Assembly (NCBI GenBank): GCA_964016885.1
Contig: OZ024742.1
Span: 292,330,001-292,394,000, forward strand
From: Eledone cirrhosa
Lineage: Eukaryota
DNA length: 64,000 nucleotides
Reading direction: 5' to 3'
Part shown: positions 12,623 through 25,189 of the stretch, piece after piece
How the letters are laid out: every line of letters starts with the position of its first letter
Numbering within the stretch: position 1 is the stretch's first letter
Notes under the pieces: model-generated
What the model was told of the DNA's origin: nothing
Databases searched by the model: none
The model's input: only the letters and a program-made list of their open reading frames with translations
Translations under genes and position numbers: made by a program

Positions 12623-12663
12623 CGCTGTACTAATTTCAAGCTTATTAGCTATCGTCAGCAACG
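12623..12663 (-). ncRNA. Hammerhead ribozyme, inverted copy
   Basis: Reverse complement of 13013-13053 with one C>T change in stem III. Confidence 0.8.
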
Positions 12664-13012
12664 TATACCTTCCTGCCAGATTGTTGAACGTATATACTTA
12701 CCTTATGCATATTAACGAGCATTATAATAAATGTTCAGTGAATCCATACGTACATATATATATGTGTACATGTATGTATATATATATATACATACTACTG
12801 TATGTCTGTATACATATATGTATGTACGTGTACATACTTATATTTAAGTAACAGTCGTACTAAGAGTGGGAAATGAAATTTCGTTTCATTTTTTCCGTTT
12901 ATCGTTTTCGGTGCACCCGACGATTAACCCACTCGATATGCAAATTGGGCTACTCAGCCATTAATATGCATAAGGTAAGTATATACGTTCAACAATCTGG
13001 CAGGAAGGTATA

Positions 13013-13053
13013 CGTTGCTGACGATAGCTAATAAGCTTGAAACTAGTACAGCG
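13013..13053 (+). ncRNA. Minimal type I hammerhead ribozyme with canonical core
   Basis: CGTTG-CTGACGA-T-AGCT(AATA)AGCT-T-GAA-ACTAGT-A-CAGCG. Confidence 0.9.
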
Positions 13054-13315
13054 TTCCTTTGTCAGTGTTGAACAAACGAGCAACGATGGTTGCTAGACAC
13101 AACGGCTTAATACAGGATATTTGTTTACAAACACACCGAGCATTATAATAAATGTTCGGTGAATCCATACGTACATATATATATGTGTGCATGTATGTAT
13201 ATATATATACATACTACTGTACGTCTGTATACATATATGTATGTACGTGTACATACTTATATTTAAGTAACAGCTGTACTTAGAGTGGGAAATGAAATTT
13301 CGTTTCATTTTTTCC

Positions 13316-13351
<36 letters not shown>

Positions 13352-14049
13352 CAACACCACACGGAATCTAACACAACCAGATTCCTGATATACCAACTGG
13401 ACCGCCCACTCTGTCCACCGCCTGCCAACTGCGAGCTGGAAGAAAAACTCTTGAGGCTAAAACATTCCATATTTAACATCTTATGGAAACAGAAGAAGAT
13501 AGCCCAAACCTCTCCAGGACGCAACAACTCACCCTGAAGAATCTGCGGAATAGGGAACTCATATACTTACCACCCGACAAAGGTAAAGAGTTTTGTGTCA
13601 TCTCTCTTTGAACACCTAAGCGACAACGAACTGTATACAGAGGTCCCGGACATAACTGCAGCCCAGATCGAAAAACAGGCCAACTCCATCTGGTCCGACA
13701 TCTGTAGTAGAAGACAACACCCAAATAAATTTAAGTTCAATTACACCACTAGAAATAGCAGACTGCCCACTTTGTATCACCTCATCAAGATCCACAAGAA
13801 TAGTACTAAGACACAAATATACCCATCGTCTCTAGCATAGAACAGCTCCTATACAAAATCTCCTGGCTCCTCTCCTAGGTCCTCAAGCCTCTACTCTCCA
13901 CCTTTCCCGGGCATGTCAGTAGCTCCGACGAGGTCGTACGTAGACTACACCAACTCCAGCCAGAACAACTTAAATTAAATAGATACGCCTTTAGCCTCGA
14001 CATTGTCTCCCTCTACACTACAGTCCCCGCTCATCCAGCTGTCGATTTA

Positions 14050-15198
14050 TTGACGGACTGCATGGTCACCGAAGATGTCCACTGCTACGGCCTCCATCCG
14101 ACGGACATACACCAGCTTTTATCCTTCACAGTGGACAACACGTACTTCACCTTCCACCACCACACATACAGACAGACAACAGGATTACCCATGGAATCCA
14201 GCCTGTCGGGCCTGCTGGCCATCACTTATATGAACCAGCTGGAATGCCGAGCCCCCAACACCTGCCATTCCTATACCTTCTTCACCCGATATGTAGATGA
14301 GATACTCATCCTTACATCATCCCGTGAAGAAGCGGATAAAATATACATGACATTCTCCAGCATGGACGCCAATATAAAGTTCAGCATGGAATACCCCGAT
14401 GACTACGGATCCCTAACCCTATTGGACTTCCAACTCAGGGTAACAGAGAAAGGCGACATCGACACCTGCTTCTATAAAACAGCCGCCAGCAGGGACCTGT
14501 TCGTACATTTCAGATCAGCCCTCCCAGTCAGCGCTAAGTTCGGATACATAAGGAACGAACTAACACGTATCCAGAACAAATGCACCGATGCAAGAGACCG
14601 GGACACACACACCACACATTTCCTGGAAGTACTTAAACTGAACGGATACCCGACGTCCACCGCGAACCGTGCCAGAAACAACAGAGGACACCACACCCGA
14701 GGCACTAACACCTGCTTCCTGAAGCTCCCACACTTCAGTGACAAAATAACAACAGCCATCCGCAGAGCTATCAGACGAGAGAGACTAGATATCCAGCTAG
14801 CCCACTCCGGACCTTCTCTACGCGGACAGCTAACCAAAAGACACTCCACCAGACATGACAGCCGCTGCAGGCTAGCCAACTGCCCCATCGACGACACAGA
14901 CCTATGCCACCAGGCTTACGTCGTATACAGATTAGAGTGCGACAAATGCAGCAATTTCTACATAGGTAGCACCACCAGACCACTTCATATTAGAATAAAA
15001 GAACACCTCAACACTAACGCTTCCTCATTTAAGAAACACCTAGTGAAATGCAAAAACACCGACAAAAACATAATAATTAGGATAGAAGCTAAGGAAAGAA
15101 ACCTCGGCAATCTTAGAATTAAAGAAGCACTTATTATAGACAACACACAACCACCAATCAATAACAGACTAGAACTTAACACCCAATTTTTAACATGA
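14050..15198 (+). pseudogene. Penelope RT C-terminal half and GIY-YIG endonuclease
   Basis: YRQTTGLPM, RYVDE (YVDD expected), LLDF, NGYP, VVYRLECDKC..FYIGSTTRPLHIRIKEH, RIKEALII...PPINN. Upstream frame is broken by stops. Confidence 0.9.
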
Positions 15199-15568
15199 TA
15201 GAGCACCTAGTCCCACACTTACACCTCCATGTACCATCTCACACACACACGCTTACACTTTCACTTATTCTCTCTTACAGACACACACACACATAGACCA
15301 GTTTTAACATGATAGAGCATCTAGCCCCCACATTTACTTATAAACATGTCCTCTCACACTCAATGGCACACACATGCACACACACACGCATGCTTACACC
15401 TTCACGTATTCTCCCACACACACTTAGACAAACCCTTTTAAAGGGAGACAACCCTTTATCCACCTAACCTTCACTCTTTGACATTAGAAATAGAATGGAA
15501 TTTCTTTACTATTTCCTGTCAGCATGACTTGGCAAGCTAATTAGAACACTGGATTAACCCCTTTACTT

Positions 15569-15604
15569 CCCTCCGAAGAAGAGATATTATCTCGAAAATT
15601 AAGG
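15569..15604 (+). ncRNA. Minimal hammerhead ribozyme in the pseudo-LTR
   Basis: CCT-CCGAAGA-A-GAGAT(ATT)ATCTC-GAA-AATT-A-AGG. Confidence 0.7.
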
Positions 15605-16119
15605 CTATTCAAATAAATTTAAGGTAAAGGACTAATTGTCAGCAATATCTTTTGCATTTGTATTTATATTTGTATTCTATATCCAAAACCTGCATTGTTC
15701 TGGCCTTCTAACTCCAAACGTTTATATATACAGTATATATATATATATATATGTACACACACAAGTATATTGGACCCCCATCACTTCCAAGGACGAATGT
15801 TCCAATTGTTTGATCAATGGAAAGAGTTATATCTATAAGTCAAAGGGTCAATCTTGTCACACATTGTGTCACACTGAATCTCCCAGAAAACTACAGATCT
15901 AATGACACACGTGGCTTTGAAATGCTCAGTCACATGTATGTTAATTTCACAAGGCAGGCTGTTTAATTAATCAAATCAACTAGATTATTCATTAATGTAA
16001 CTGACTAAAGTCTAACGTATATACACAAACACACATATGTATATATAAATCATCGTCATTTTACGTCTGCTTTTCCCTGCTCCCACCCTTGCAAGCAGGG
16101 AAAAGCAGACGTAAAATGA

Positions 16120-16156
<37 letters not shown>

Positions 16157-16289
16157 CATGTATGTGTAATTCAAGGAGCTAGCTTTGTCACCCAATGTGT
16201 TACGCTGAATCGCTTTGAGAACTATGTTAAGGTTGCTTGAAGTTAAAGCATAATTGAAGGGGAACCAGAATAGGGGATGCAAGGTAAGA

Positions 16290-16800
16290 AGAGCTTCTTT
16301 ACAAACCCAAACTTTACACAGACCGTCTTCAATGTTTATCGCAAAATCTTAACAGAGCCCCCTCCCCCAACAAATATTAACAATAGATCTTGCAGATGTG
16401 GAAACCCACACAATTGCCCATTTAATAAATTCTGTAAAAAAGATATAGGTCCATTAAGATAGACCAACTCTTAAGATAGAGACACTACACAGTTCTCACC
16501 TCAAATGAAGTTAAAGCTCGCATTATCCATCACTTACAAACATTCAACAATCTGAACAAAAAAATGTCAGGTACTGCTTTAGCTAAGCACATTTGGAACT
16601 GAAAAGGCTGACATGCCATAATCCACCACATGAAACATTAGATGGGACAAACTTTATAACCTAAAATTGAAATTCATTTCCCTTTATATATTCTATTTAA
16701 TGCTCACAAACCCCTCTCCAACAAAAAAAAAAGAGTTAACTACATATTGTGTATATGCAGTAAATATTCTCTTCTCAACAAAACAGAAGAACAACAAGAT
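16290..16800 (+). mobile_element. Decayed Naiad GIY-YIG remnant
   Basis: RSCRCGNPHNCPFNKFC, RYYPS.LQTF, TALAKHIW-like and LSNKK.EL pieces in broken frames. Confidence 0.65.
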
Positions 16801-17194
16801 AACCAGAAGATTTTGAGAGACAAAGAGAGAAAGAGAGAGAGAGAAAGAGAAAGAGAGATTTCATTTGACTTCTACATAAACTACAGAGATATTGGTGAGA
16901 GAATTAATGAAAACATTAGATTTTTAGTCAGATTTCAAATCTAGAATACTATATATGGTTTTTCTCCAACACTTCCCCTTGAATTAAGTCAGGTTCAATG
17001 TTTATCTCTATCTATATTTTAACTTCAATGCTCCAACACAATTCATTTCTATTGCATTTCTAATATGTGAATGTTTCGATACTATCTTTCAGAATATATC
17101 TAATAATTCAAACTTCCTGATTTATCTTCACCAGATAAACACTAACATCTTTTTTTTATTTTAGAAATTTTTTCCTGTTTTTTTCAAGTCTGCT

Positions 17195-19052
17195 CCTTAT
17201 TTTATCCGTCTCTTTTTATGTTGAACCCCCAAGTTATGGGACATAAACATAGACACAAATATAGATAAGTTTCTTTTATTTGCCACTAGGGCATCAAAAG
17301 TGGGACAAGTACAAAGGGGGGAGTTTACACAAAAAGGCGTCCTCAATAAGGAGGAGGCAATAACAAAATATAAAAATAAAATAAGATATAACAAAAAATA
17401 AAATTTTTAACAAAATCCTCAATAGAGAGGAGGCGCCTTGGGGGGTCGCACACACCCCCGAAAAAAGTGTGCAACCCTTTTCCTCAGGAGCACAGAGAGG
17501 GGGTGCTCCCTCGTTCCTTCCTCTTTTCCACCTACAGGCTTATGTAAAGAGAAGGCCCATTCACACGGGCCATTCTCGCCACTTTCACCCACCTTTCATA
17601 AAAACGACTGGGGTGCAGCACCTCTCTCTCCATCCTGATCCTTCTTCCGAAATGATATCGGAAGAAACGGACCATTTGTTGGCCAGAGAGAAAGGTGCCT
17701 GACCTCAGTCCTTTCAGACGCGTCCACCATACAACCTCTTTCGCCATGGCTATTACGCACAGAAACACCGCCTCTGCTTCATCTTTGAAGGGGGGAGGCG
17801 GCTTGATCATTACAATAGACTCGGTGGTCAACCGGATCGGTCCCACCCTTGACAGCAGTTGTTCGACATAGCCCCACAGATCGGCTACGCCCGAGCAGTG
17901 TACCAATGCGTGTGCAACGGTTTCCTCGTCGCACACGCATCTGGGACAGATCTTTTTGGCGGGGTCCCTACCCGGGCGCCCGTGTCTGTAGAGCCTTTCT
18001 CGAACGGGTAAAGCCCCTCGGTAGCACTGCCAGGCCAGGGACTTCTGGAAGTTGTCCATGGGTCCCGGGCTGAATGTCCTACCGAACAGGCTGGCCAGTT
18101 CGTCCTCCTCCATGTCTAGGGCTTCTCCGAGGGCGTCGTCGCACCTGCTGCGTACCAGCCCTCTATAGAATGTTGCGGTGGAGTCTCCACTGATAACCGG
18201 ATCCGCCTGCCAGAGGGCGGTGAGCGCCTGGGCACACTCAGTGTGCCAGGCGCCCAGTTTTCTCGGTCTTTGCTTGACCCAGGATTGCAGTTCGGTGAGT
18301 GAGACGAGTCTGGGAAAGGTTCGTCTCACAAACGAGGCCCACACCGGTTGTCCGGTGAGGAATACGTAGCCTTAATGCGTGTTTACGCATCATTAGCCAC
18401 GGCATCCTCAGCCCTCCTTTCGAAGGGTGTTGACAGCAGATGGATCTCCTCACCATAGGAGCCCGCCCCTTCCAAAGGAATTGGAAGAGCGCGCGCTCCA
18501 TCTTGGTGAGGGTTTCCCTTGGGCAGGGCACTACGGTCAGGCGGTAGTAGATGACGGACGCTATATAAGTGTTCGCCACCTCCGCCCGACCTTTCAGGGA
18601 TAGTTTGCAACTGGCCCACTTCTGGGTCAGTGCAAACACCCTGTTCGTAACCTCCGCCCAGTTTTTCTCCACCTGGAGGTCCGGTCCGAACCAGACCCCG
18701 AGCAACTTCACCGGGCCCTCCGTCCAGCGTCCGACGACGCCATCGGAGGGCATCGGTCTGCCCCTCCACGTGCCGAGTTGCAAACCGATCGACTTGTCCC
18801 GGTTCAGCTTAGCCCCTGTGAACTTTTAGTACTCCTCCAGTAAGGTGCCGACCGCCTCGATTTCGGAGGCCGTCGACACCATTACTGTCACATCATCGGC
18901 GTAGGCTGACACCGCTTTCCGCAATCCCGGTTCCAAAGGGATGCCCTGCAACAACTCCAACTTCCGCAGTAGTGGCTCGAGAGTCAACACATACAGAAGG
19001 GAGGAGAGAGGGCACCCTTGTCGGATGGACCGCGCGATTTTGAACGGCTCCG
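17195..19052 (-). mobile_element. Tx1/L1-type LINE, 5'-truncated ORF2 (RT + C-terminal Cys motif) and 3' UTR
   Basis: SIRQGCPLSSLLYVL, AYADDVTV, VKLLGVWF, LSLKGRAEV, GGLRMP, CPRC..DEETVAHALVHC across three frameshifted ORFs. GC-rich island. Confidence 0.92.
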
Positions 19053-19320
19053 AGAGATAGATAGACAGAAATACATATAGACACACATATATTAGATATG
19101 TGTATATATTTATATATGTTAGTGCAGTCTCGGTTAAACACTCTGTATTTACACAGATATAACTTTATACATATATAGATAGATAAAATGGGAGTTACCA
19201 GTTAGACGAGTAAGACCATATTCAGCTAAGTACTTGATACTTGGGAAAGTAGAGTGTATGTATGGTGAAAAGTTAGTTCTCAACAGCTGAGCTCGACTGT
19301 TAAGCATTAACTTTTCATTA

Positions 19321-20210
19321 TCTCTATATATATAAAATGGAAGATGTCTGTCTGTGTGTGTGTATGATTTTTATGCATTTCCACATTTCTCTACCGATTT
19401 TGATGATTTTTTTTCCAATGTGCTCCAAATTTACCAACAATGGTCGACGCATAATAAACTTTGCCAAAAGTTTCCTGCTTCTATGAAAAAAATCGATAAA
19501 ACTAAATACATGCTATAACCCTCTCTCTACTACCCTAAAAAATCGATGAAACTACATACATATTGCAACTCTCTTTAAAAGGTTCATCCCTCCCTCTACT
19601 CCCCTCTCAATCTCCTCTGCAACTCTAACAGTGACAAAACTTAAACTTTGAAAACTAAGCAACACATCAATTTATACAACAACAAACATAGTCATGACGA
19701 CGCTCACCATTACATTTTACATATAAATAACAAATATTCAAAAGCAACAGATGAATTTATACAACACACGTAATCATAACGACGCTTAAGCATTTATTTA
19801 CTTGAATCTCAACAAAGACATTATATTTTATTGTCCTTTTTGTAATTCTTTTTCTTTGTATTTAGCAATATGAGACAAAAAAATAATGAGAAAACTGTTT
19901 TCAAGAACGTCCGATTTCGATGATTTTTTTTCCAGTGTGCTCCAAATTATCGCCCCTGTTTACGCTCTTTTGAGCTTGGACGGGCTTGACTTACAGGTTT
20001 GACCTACTATTTGACGTGCATTCTTCATACAACTTACTTAGTATTCACTTTCCACTTATTCACTGTTCAATTGAAATTTTTGCTACCCCCCCCCCCCTTT
20101 CCTTGCTTACCCGTATTTACTTTCTTTGCCTCAATAATCATAATTGAGTGGAATCAATAAGAGTACTTTAAAGCAATTAAACTCCGAGCAACGCCGGGCA
20201 CTTCTGCTAG
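19321..20210 (+). mobile_element. Non-autonomous Helitron
   Basis: A|TCTCTATATATATAAAA 5' end followed by TGTCTGTCTG; 3' imperfect hairpin CCGAGCAACGCCGGG then CTAG|T; no TSD. Confidence 0.85.
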
Positions 20211-20222
20211 TATATATATATA

Positions 20223-20440
20223 AGGGCGGTGGATTGGTAGTATCGGTAGAGGGTCGGACGCTATGCTTTGCAGCAAAGAGTTACGGCCCTTTATGATCTG
20301 AGTTCAAATCCCGCTGAGGTTAACTTTGCCTTTCATCCTTATGGGTCGATAAAATAAAGTACCAGTCACGCACTGGGGTCGATTTAATCTACTTCCCGCT
20401 CCCCCAAAATTGCTGGCCTTGTGCCTATATGAGAAACCAT
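20223..20440 (+). mobile_element. SINE family 1, long variant
   Basis: Matches 3588-3782 with an extra GGGGTCGATTTAATC segment. Confidence 0.9.
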
Positions 20441-20507
20441 TATATATATATATATAAATGTAAGTATGCACACGTAGACACATATATATGCATACATATA
20501 TATATGT

Positions 20508-20572
<65 letters not shown>

Positions 20573-20587
20573 TATATACATATACAT

Positions 20588-20862
20588 ATGTATGTATGGA
20601 TTATATCGAACATTAAAAATAATTTTAGATTCGTTTGTAAACAAAGAGCCCGATTTGAAGCTGTGCAGTGCTGGTGACCGATCATCACCTGTTTGTTCAA
20701 CACTGGCTTTGAGGAACAATCAACATGTTTCTGGGTCATTACTCTTGATCAGGACTGTATACCTCTGCCAATCTGTTGAACAGTTGAAAATATATCATGT
20801 TTTCTTAAGTACACATCGGCTGAGTAGCCTCATTTGCATACCGGGAGAGAAATAAGATTCTA
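20588..20862 (-). mobile_element. Diverged family B element with hammerhead at 20717-20757 (core mutated)
   Basis: Shares ATGCAAAT..GGCTACTCAGCC, CAGTGTTGAACAAAC and AATCCATAC with 12900-13320. Hammerhead reads CAGTC-CTGATCA-A-GAGT(AATG)ACCC-A-GAA-ACATGT-T-GATTG. Confidence 0.75.
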
Positions 20863-21031
20863 ATATATATATATATATAACGAAGGAAATGTGGTAAGGA
20901 ACCAGGTCGACCATAACGCACCAAAGTACTCAATACTTAGGGTAGTAGAGTGGGTAATAGGAACGAGTAGGACCCCGACGGCTGAGCTCCAGAATTAGCC
21001 GTCGAAACGGCTTGAGCTCAGCCGTCGGGGT

Positions 21032-21083
<52 letters not shown>

Positions 21084-21088
<5 letters not shown>

Positions 21089-21355
21089 ATATTAAATAAA
21101 TGGAAACTATATTTATAATACCATATTTATTTTATTATATATATTTCAAGGGTAACCAAGACAACATTGGTATGCTTTCATCAGATAAAATACAAAGTTT
21201 GTTTTATAAATAGAGACATACACCTGAAAATCATAACTTATCGGAAATTCATAACTTATTGGAAATTCACTCCAGTAAATTGTAGAGTGCTTTAAATCAG
21301 TTATAAACATTTATGTTTGTCGGACTTCCAACAAATTAAATACCACTTCTACTTA
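21084..21355 (-). mobile_element. Short hammerhead element, family A (~270 bp), within (TA)n
   Basis: Hammerhead ~21126-21192: TATTTTAT-CTGATGA-AAGCATACCAA..TTGGTTACCCTT-GAA-ATATATAT-A-ATAAA. Homologous end to end with 39885-40133. Confidence 0.8.
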
Positions 21356-21449
21356 TATATATATATATATAATCTGGTTTCAGAGAATTATCTGACCAAA
21401 ACCATCACAACAACACTATCAAATTTCCTATCTAATTTATGGTCATCAA

Positions 21450-21955
21450 TTTGTGTGTTGGTGTATGTATATGTGTGTGTAGGTGTATGTATATGAGTGT
21501 GTAGGTGTTTGTATATGTGTGTGTAGGTGTTTGTATATGTGTGTGTGTTGGTGTATGTATATATGTGTAGTATGTATATGTGTGTGTAGGTGTATGTATA
21601 TGTGTGTAGATGTATGTATATGTGTGTGTTGGTGTGTGTATATGTGTGTGTAGGTTTGTATATGTGTGTAGGTGTATGTATATGTGTGTGTTGGTGTATG
21701 TATATGTGTGTTTAGGTGTATGTATATAGGTGTGTAGATGTATGTATATGTGTGTAGGTGTATGTATATGTGTGTGTAGGTGTATGTATATTTGTGTGTA
21801 GGTCTATGTATATGTGTGTGTAGGTGTATATATATATGTGTGTAGGTGTATGTATATGTGTGTGTAAGTGTATATATATGTGTGTGTAGGTGTATGTATA
21901 TGTGTGATGTAGGTGTATATATATGTGTTTGTAGGTGTATGTATATGTGTTTGTA
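21450..21955. repeat. Compound minisatellite (TGTGTGTAGGTGTATGTATA)n
   Basis: About 20-22 bp degenerate unit repeated across ~500 bp. Confidence 0.95.
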
Positions 21956-22534
21956 GTTCTTATTTCTACTTTTCATTCTTTATCTTGCTGCCCCTCTCCC
22001 TCTTTAGTTAGCTGTTCCCCAACTCCCTCAACCTGAACTGTATATATCTATTTAATGAATTTCCAAACCACTGTTTATGAGGATATATGGTAGAATGGAT
22101 GTGCTTCTTAGCAACTACCATTTCTTTTAGAGACACATCATCACATGTTAGAGCTGATACATCAATTAAAAGATATTTCTATTCCTGGTGGTCTTTGACA
22201 ATAACATACGGTAGCTTTGCCAGTAATTTTTAATATTCCGTACTACATGTAACATTCTTGTCAGACATAAAACAACACTATAGTTTCATCACATTAAAAA
22301 TTAAAATTTTTACTCTAAATACTGCAAATTTTCACAATCTGAACACAAGTAACGACACAATAAACATTTAAATTAACAAACCTGCTTTTAGATAATTTTC
22401 AGCTAAATCCTTACAGTTAACTCCCAAGTCTTTGCATATTGGCATGTTATACACCTGGACATATACTCACACCAAAAATGAGGGCAAGGATACGTCTCTT
22501 GTTTCTAACAAGTCCCTGAGTTGTTGAACAATAG

Positions 22535-22790
22535 ATCTGCCTGCTCAAGAAATTAAAGTGCAAGTGGCTTAGCATTCCACTGACATGCACCCTTAACGTA
22601 GTTCTCAGGGAGATTCCGTGTGACACAGTGTGAGAAAAGGCTGGCATTTTAAATTACAGATGAAACTCATTTTTACCAGCTGAATGCAATGGAGCAATGT
22701 CAAATGAAGAGTTTTGCTGAAAGGTAGAACACTTTGCTTGGAATCAAACTCATGACCAAACACCCTTACCTCTAAGCTATGCACTTTCAC
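22535..22790 (-). mobile_element. tRNA-headed SINE, family 2 (decayed)
   Basis: Shares ..CATTGCTCCA..CAGCTG..AAATGAGT and TGTGTCACAC.GAATCTCCC with 32330-32588 and 15850-15990. Confidence 0.7.
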
Positions 22791-23383
22791 TATATCAAGA
22801 TGTAGTGGACAAGGAATTCGCTATTGATACATTTGTGTAAAAAGAAGCAGGGAGCTGTAACTTCCTCTGAAATAAGTCTTGAGTTTGGGAGTAGCAACTT
22901 TACAGTCACTACACATAGAAAGGGGAGACTACTTGTAATGCTTTACTTCCCTAGTAAAGTTAATGTATGTAGTTAATATATAGTGTATATATGTATATAG
23001 ACTATATATAAACGTATATATAGTGTCTCATTTCATATCATCTGTCCTGTAGTCTAGTGGATCGTTGGAGTGCTACAGTTGACTTGGCAGCCAGCACCAT
23101 CCATTCCTCTCTCCTCTCTGCCTTCCATTCTGGGATGTTGTCCTCCCATCTCTTTCTCTGTCTATATATAGTATATACACAGTATATATAGTATATACAC
23201 AGTAAAAAGGTGAGGTGTTGGTATCTGACCATAGAATTCTGCCTTAAATACTTCATCCAATCCATACCAGCATGGTAAAAAAGGACGTAAAACTATTGAT
23301 GATGATAACAATGATAATGCTCTCTCCATATATATACATATATATATATATACACACACATATATACATATATACACACACAC

Positions 23384-23478
<95 letters not shown>

Positions 23479-23929
23479 TACAGCATTGATAAGAGCAGTG
23501 TTAGGGATAAATATTATTTAATTGTAAAGGCAACTATGTAACCCAATAACTCTAGTTTATTTTGTTGATGAAGATGATGATTATGATGCTTATGGTGATG
23601 ACTTTGACAATGACGATGATGGTGATAAGGGTAATGATGATGACTGACAGTAATCTATTTAAAAAATAATTCTCTTTATTATCTAATATTTCCTGATCTA
23701 AAGTGTGATAAGCTCTCCATGTTGTTTCAAGTCAACAATGGATGACACATTAGTAACAAACTATCATGGATACATCTTTTATGAAGCTAGATTTCCCTAC
23801 AAGTATTTTTAAAATGAAGAAAAGCAAATAGATTGTGGATAGGTATATATTTACTGAAGATGGTTCAGTCAATATTTTTTCCTCTGTAATGCAGCATATA
23901 TTATCTGAAACCAGTTTCTGTTCAAACAT

Positions 23930-24268
23930 CAACATCATCATCATCATCATCGTTATCATGATCCTCACCACCACCACCACCACCACAATCACCACCCCCA
24001 CCATCACCACCACCACCACCACCACCACCATCACCACATCACCACCATCACCACCACATCACCACCACCACCACCACATCACCACCACCACCATCATCAC
24101 CACCATCATCATCACCACCACCACCACCACCATTATCCTCACCACCTCCACCTCTACCACCACCACCACCACATCACCACCACCATCATCACCACCACCA
24201 CCATCATCACCCCCACCGCCATCATCACCCCCCCCCCCCCACCACTATCATGGTCATCATCATCACAC
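23930..24268. repeat. (CAT)n/(CAC)n trinucleotide array
   Basis: Direct reading of the sequence. Confidence 0.97.
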
Positions 24269-25189
24269 ATATTGATTGTTATTGATTTCTCTGGTCTTCC
24301 ACTTCTCATCGATCATGATCAGTTGTTTGTTTAAAACATCAATGTTTGTTAGACACCAGCAGCCAGTAAAAGTTGCTATCAAAATGGTTTACAACAAATT
24401 CCCGTGGCAATTAAACATTGTTTCAATATATCTTCTATATTCACTGACCACTTTCAATTAGTTGTGCTACAAATGTTTAAATAAATTCTTTTTTGTTTTA
24501 AAAGCTTATTTTTTTAATGAGATTTTCAATGAATACATTAGTATTCTCTTAAATATAACTTTATCCTATGCTATGAGAGTTTATTTGAAATTTATGAAGG
24601 TTTTTATTACTGTGAAATCTAATTATTTTGAAAATGAAGGAATTCTATATTCTACTAAGCTGATAGTCAAAAGTTTTTAATCAATGACATATTTCATTTT
24701 ATGCACTATTTTGTATAAATATCTCTTTTTTATGGAATTTTTTATACCCCAATGAATTATGTGATTTTTTCATGGTCCTAGCAGACTAAATAGTGAATGT
24801 ATTAGTCTGTACAATGGAGAGCAGTATGTGCTGAAAGAACTATTCTATTTTGAGAAACTCATTCTTACAGGTAGTTATCTCTATGTCAATGAATGTAGGG
24901 AGGTAATTTAGAGACCCAGAGTTCTAGATGTTTACACTACTAAGGATTTGAAAAGAAACATGATAGTTTTCAATAAAATTCTTTTTGTCATTTCATAATT
25001 TGTGTTTAAGATATCTTTAAAAGATTTCATCTATCTTCAAATAAGTTGTTGATAGATTAGTTATCAACAAAAGTATGTGGTCTGGTGGTTAGTGTGTTTG
25101 GCTTATGATCATAAAGTCATGGATTCAATTCCTGAACATGGCAATGCATTGTGTTCTTGAGTAAGATGCTTCGTTTCCCATTGTTTCCC

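Larger units (their letters stand above)
12416..13320 (+). mobile_element. Non-coding hammerhead element (family B): ~421 bp unit with upstream direct and inverted partial copies
   Basis: 12716-12900 repeats 13137-13320 directly; 12416-12715 is the reverse complement of 12961-13260. No coding homology; flanked by (TA)n. Confidence 0.85.
13350..15722 (+). mobile_element. Penelope-like element (Poseidon/Neptune-like), 5'-truncated, RT + GIY-YIG + pseudo-LTR
   Basis: PDKG motif near 13575, SLDIVSLYT near 13995, ORF 14050-15198, 3' hammerhead, (TA)n on both sides. Confidence 0.92.

Noticed and set aside
14472-14897. Antisense ORFs over LINE/Penelope coding regions (also 429-944, 17849-18829, 49375-49806)
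   Set aside because: Shadow frames of transposon ORFs with no independent motifs.
22382-22530. Minus-strand exon-like frame VYNMPICKDLGVNCKDLAENYLKA with CAG|GTTTGT donor
   Set aside because: Weak acceptor, in-frame TGA just upstream, abuts a SINE, no recognisable homology.
23835-24275. 146 aa Thr/Pro/His-rich ORF
   Set aside because: Translation of the (CAC)/(CAT) array.
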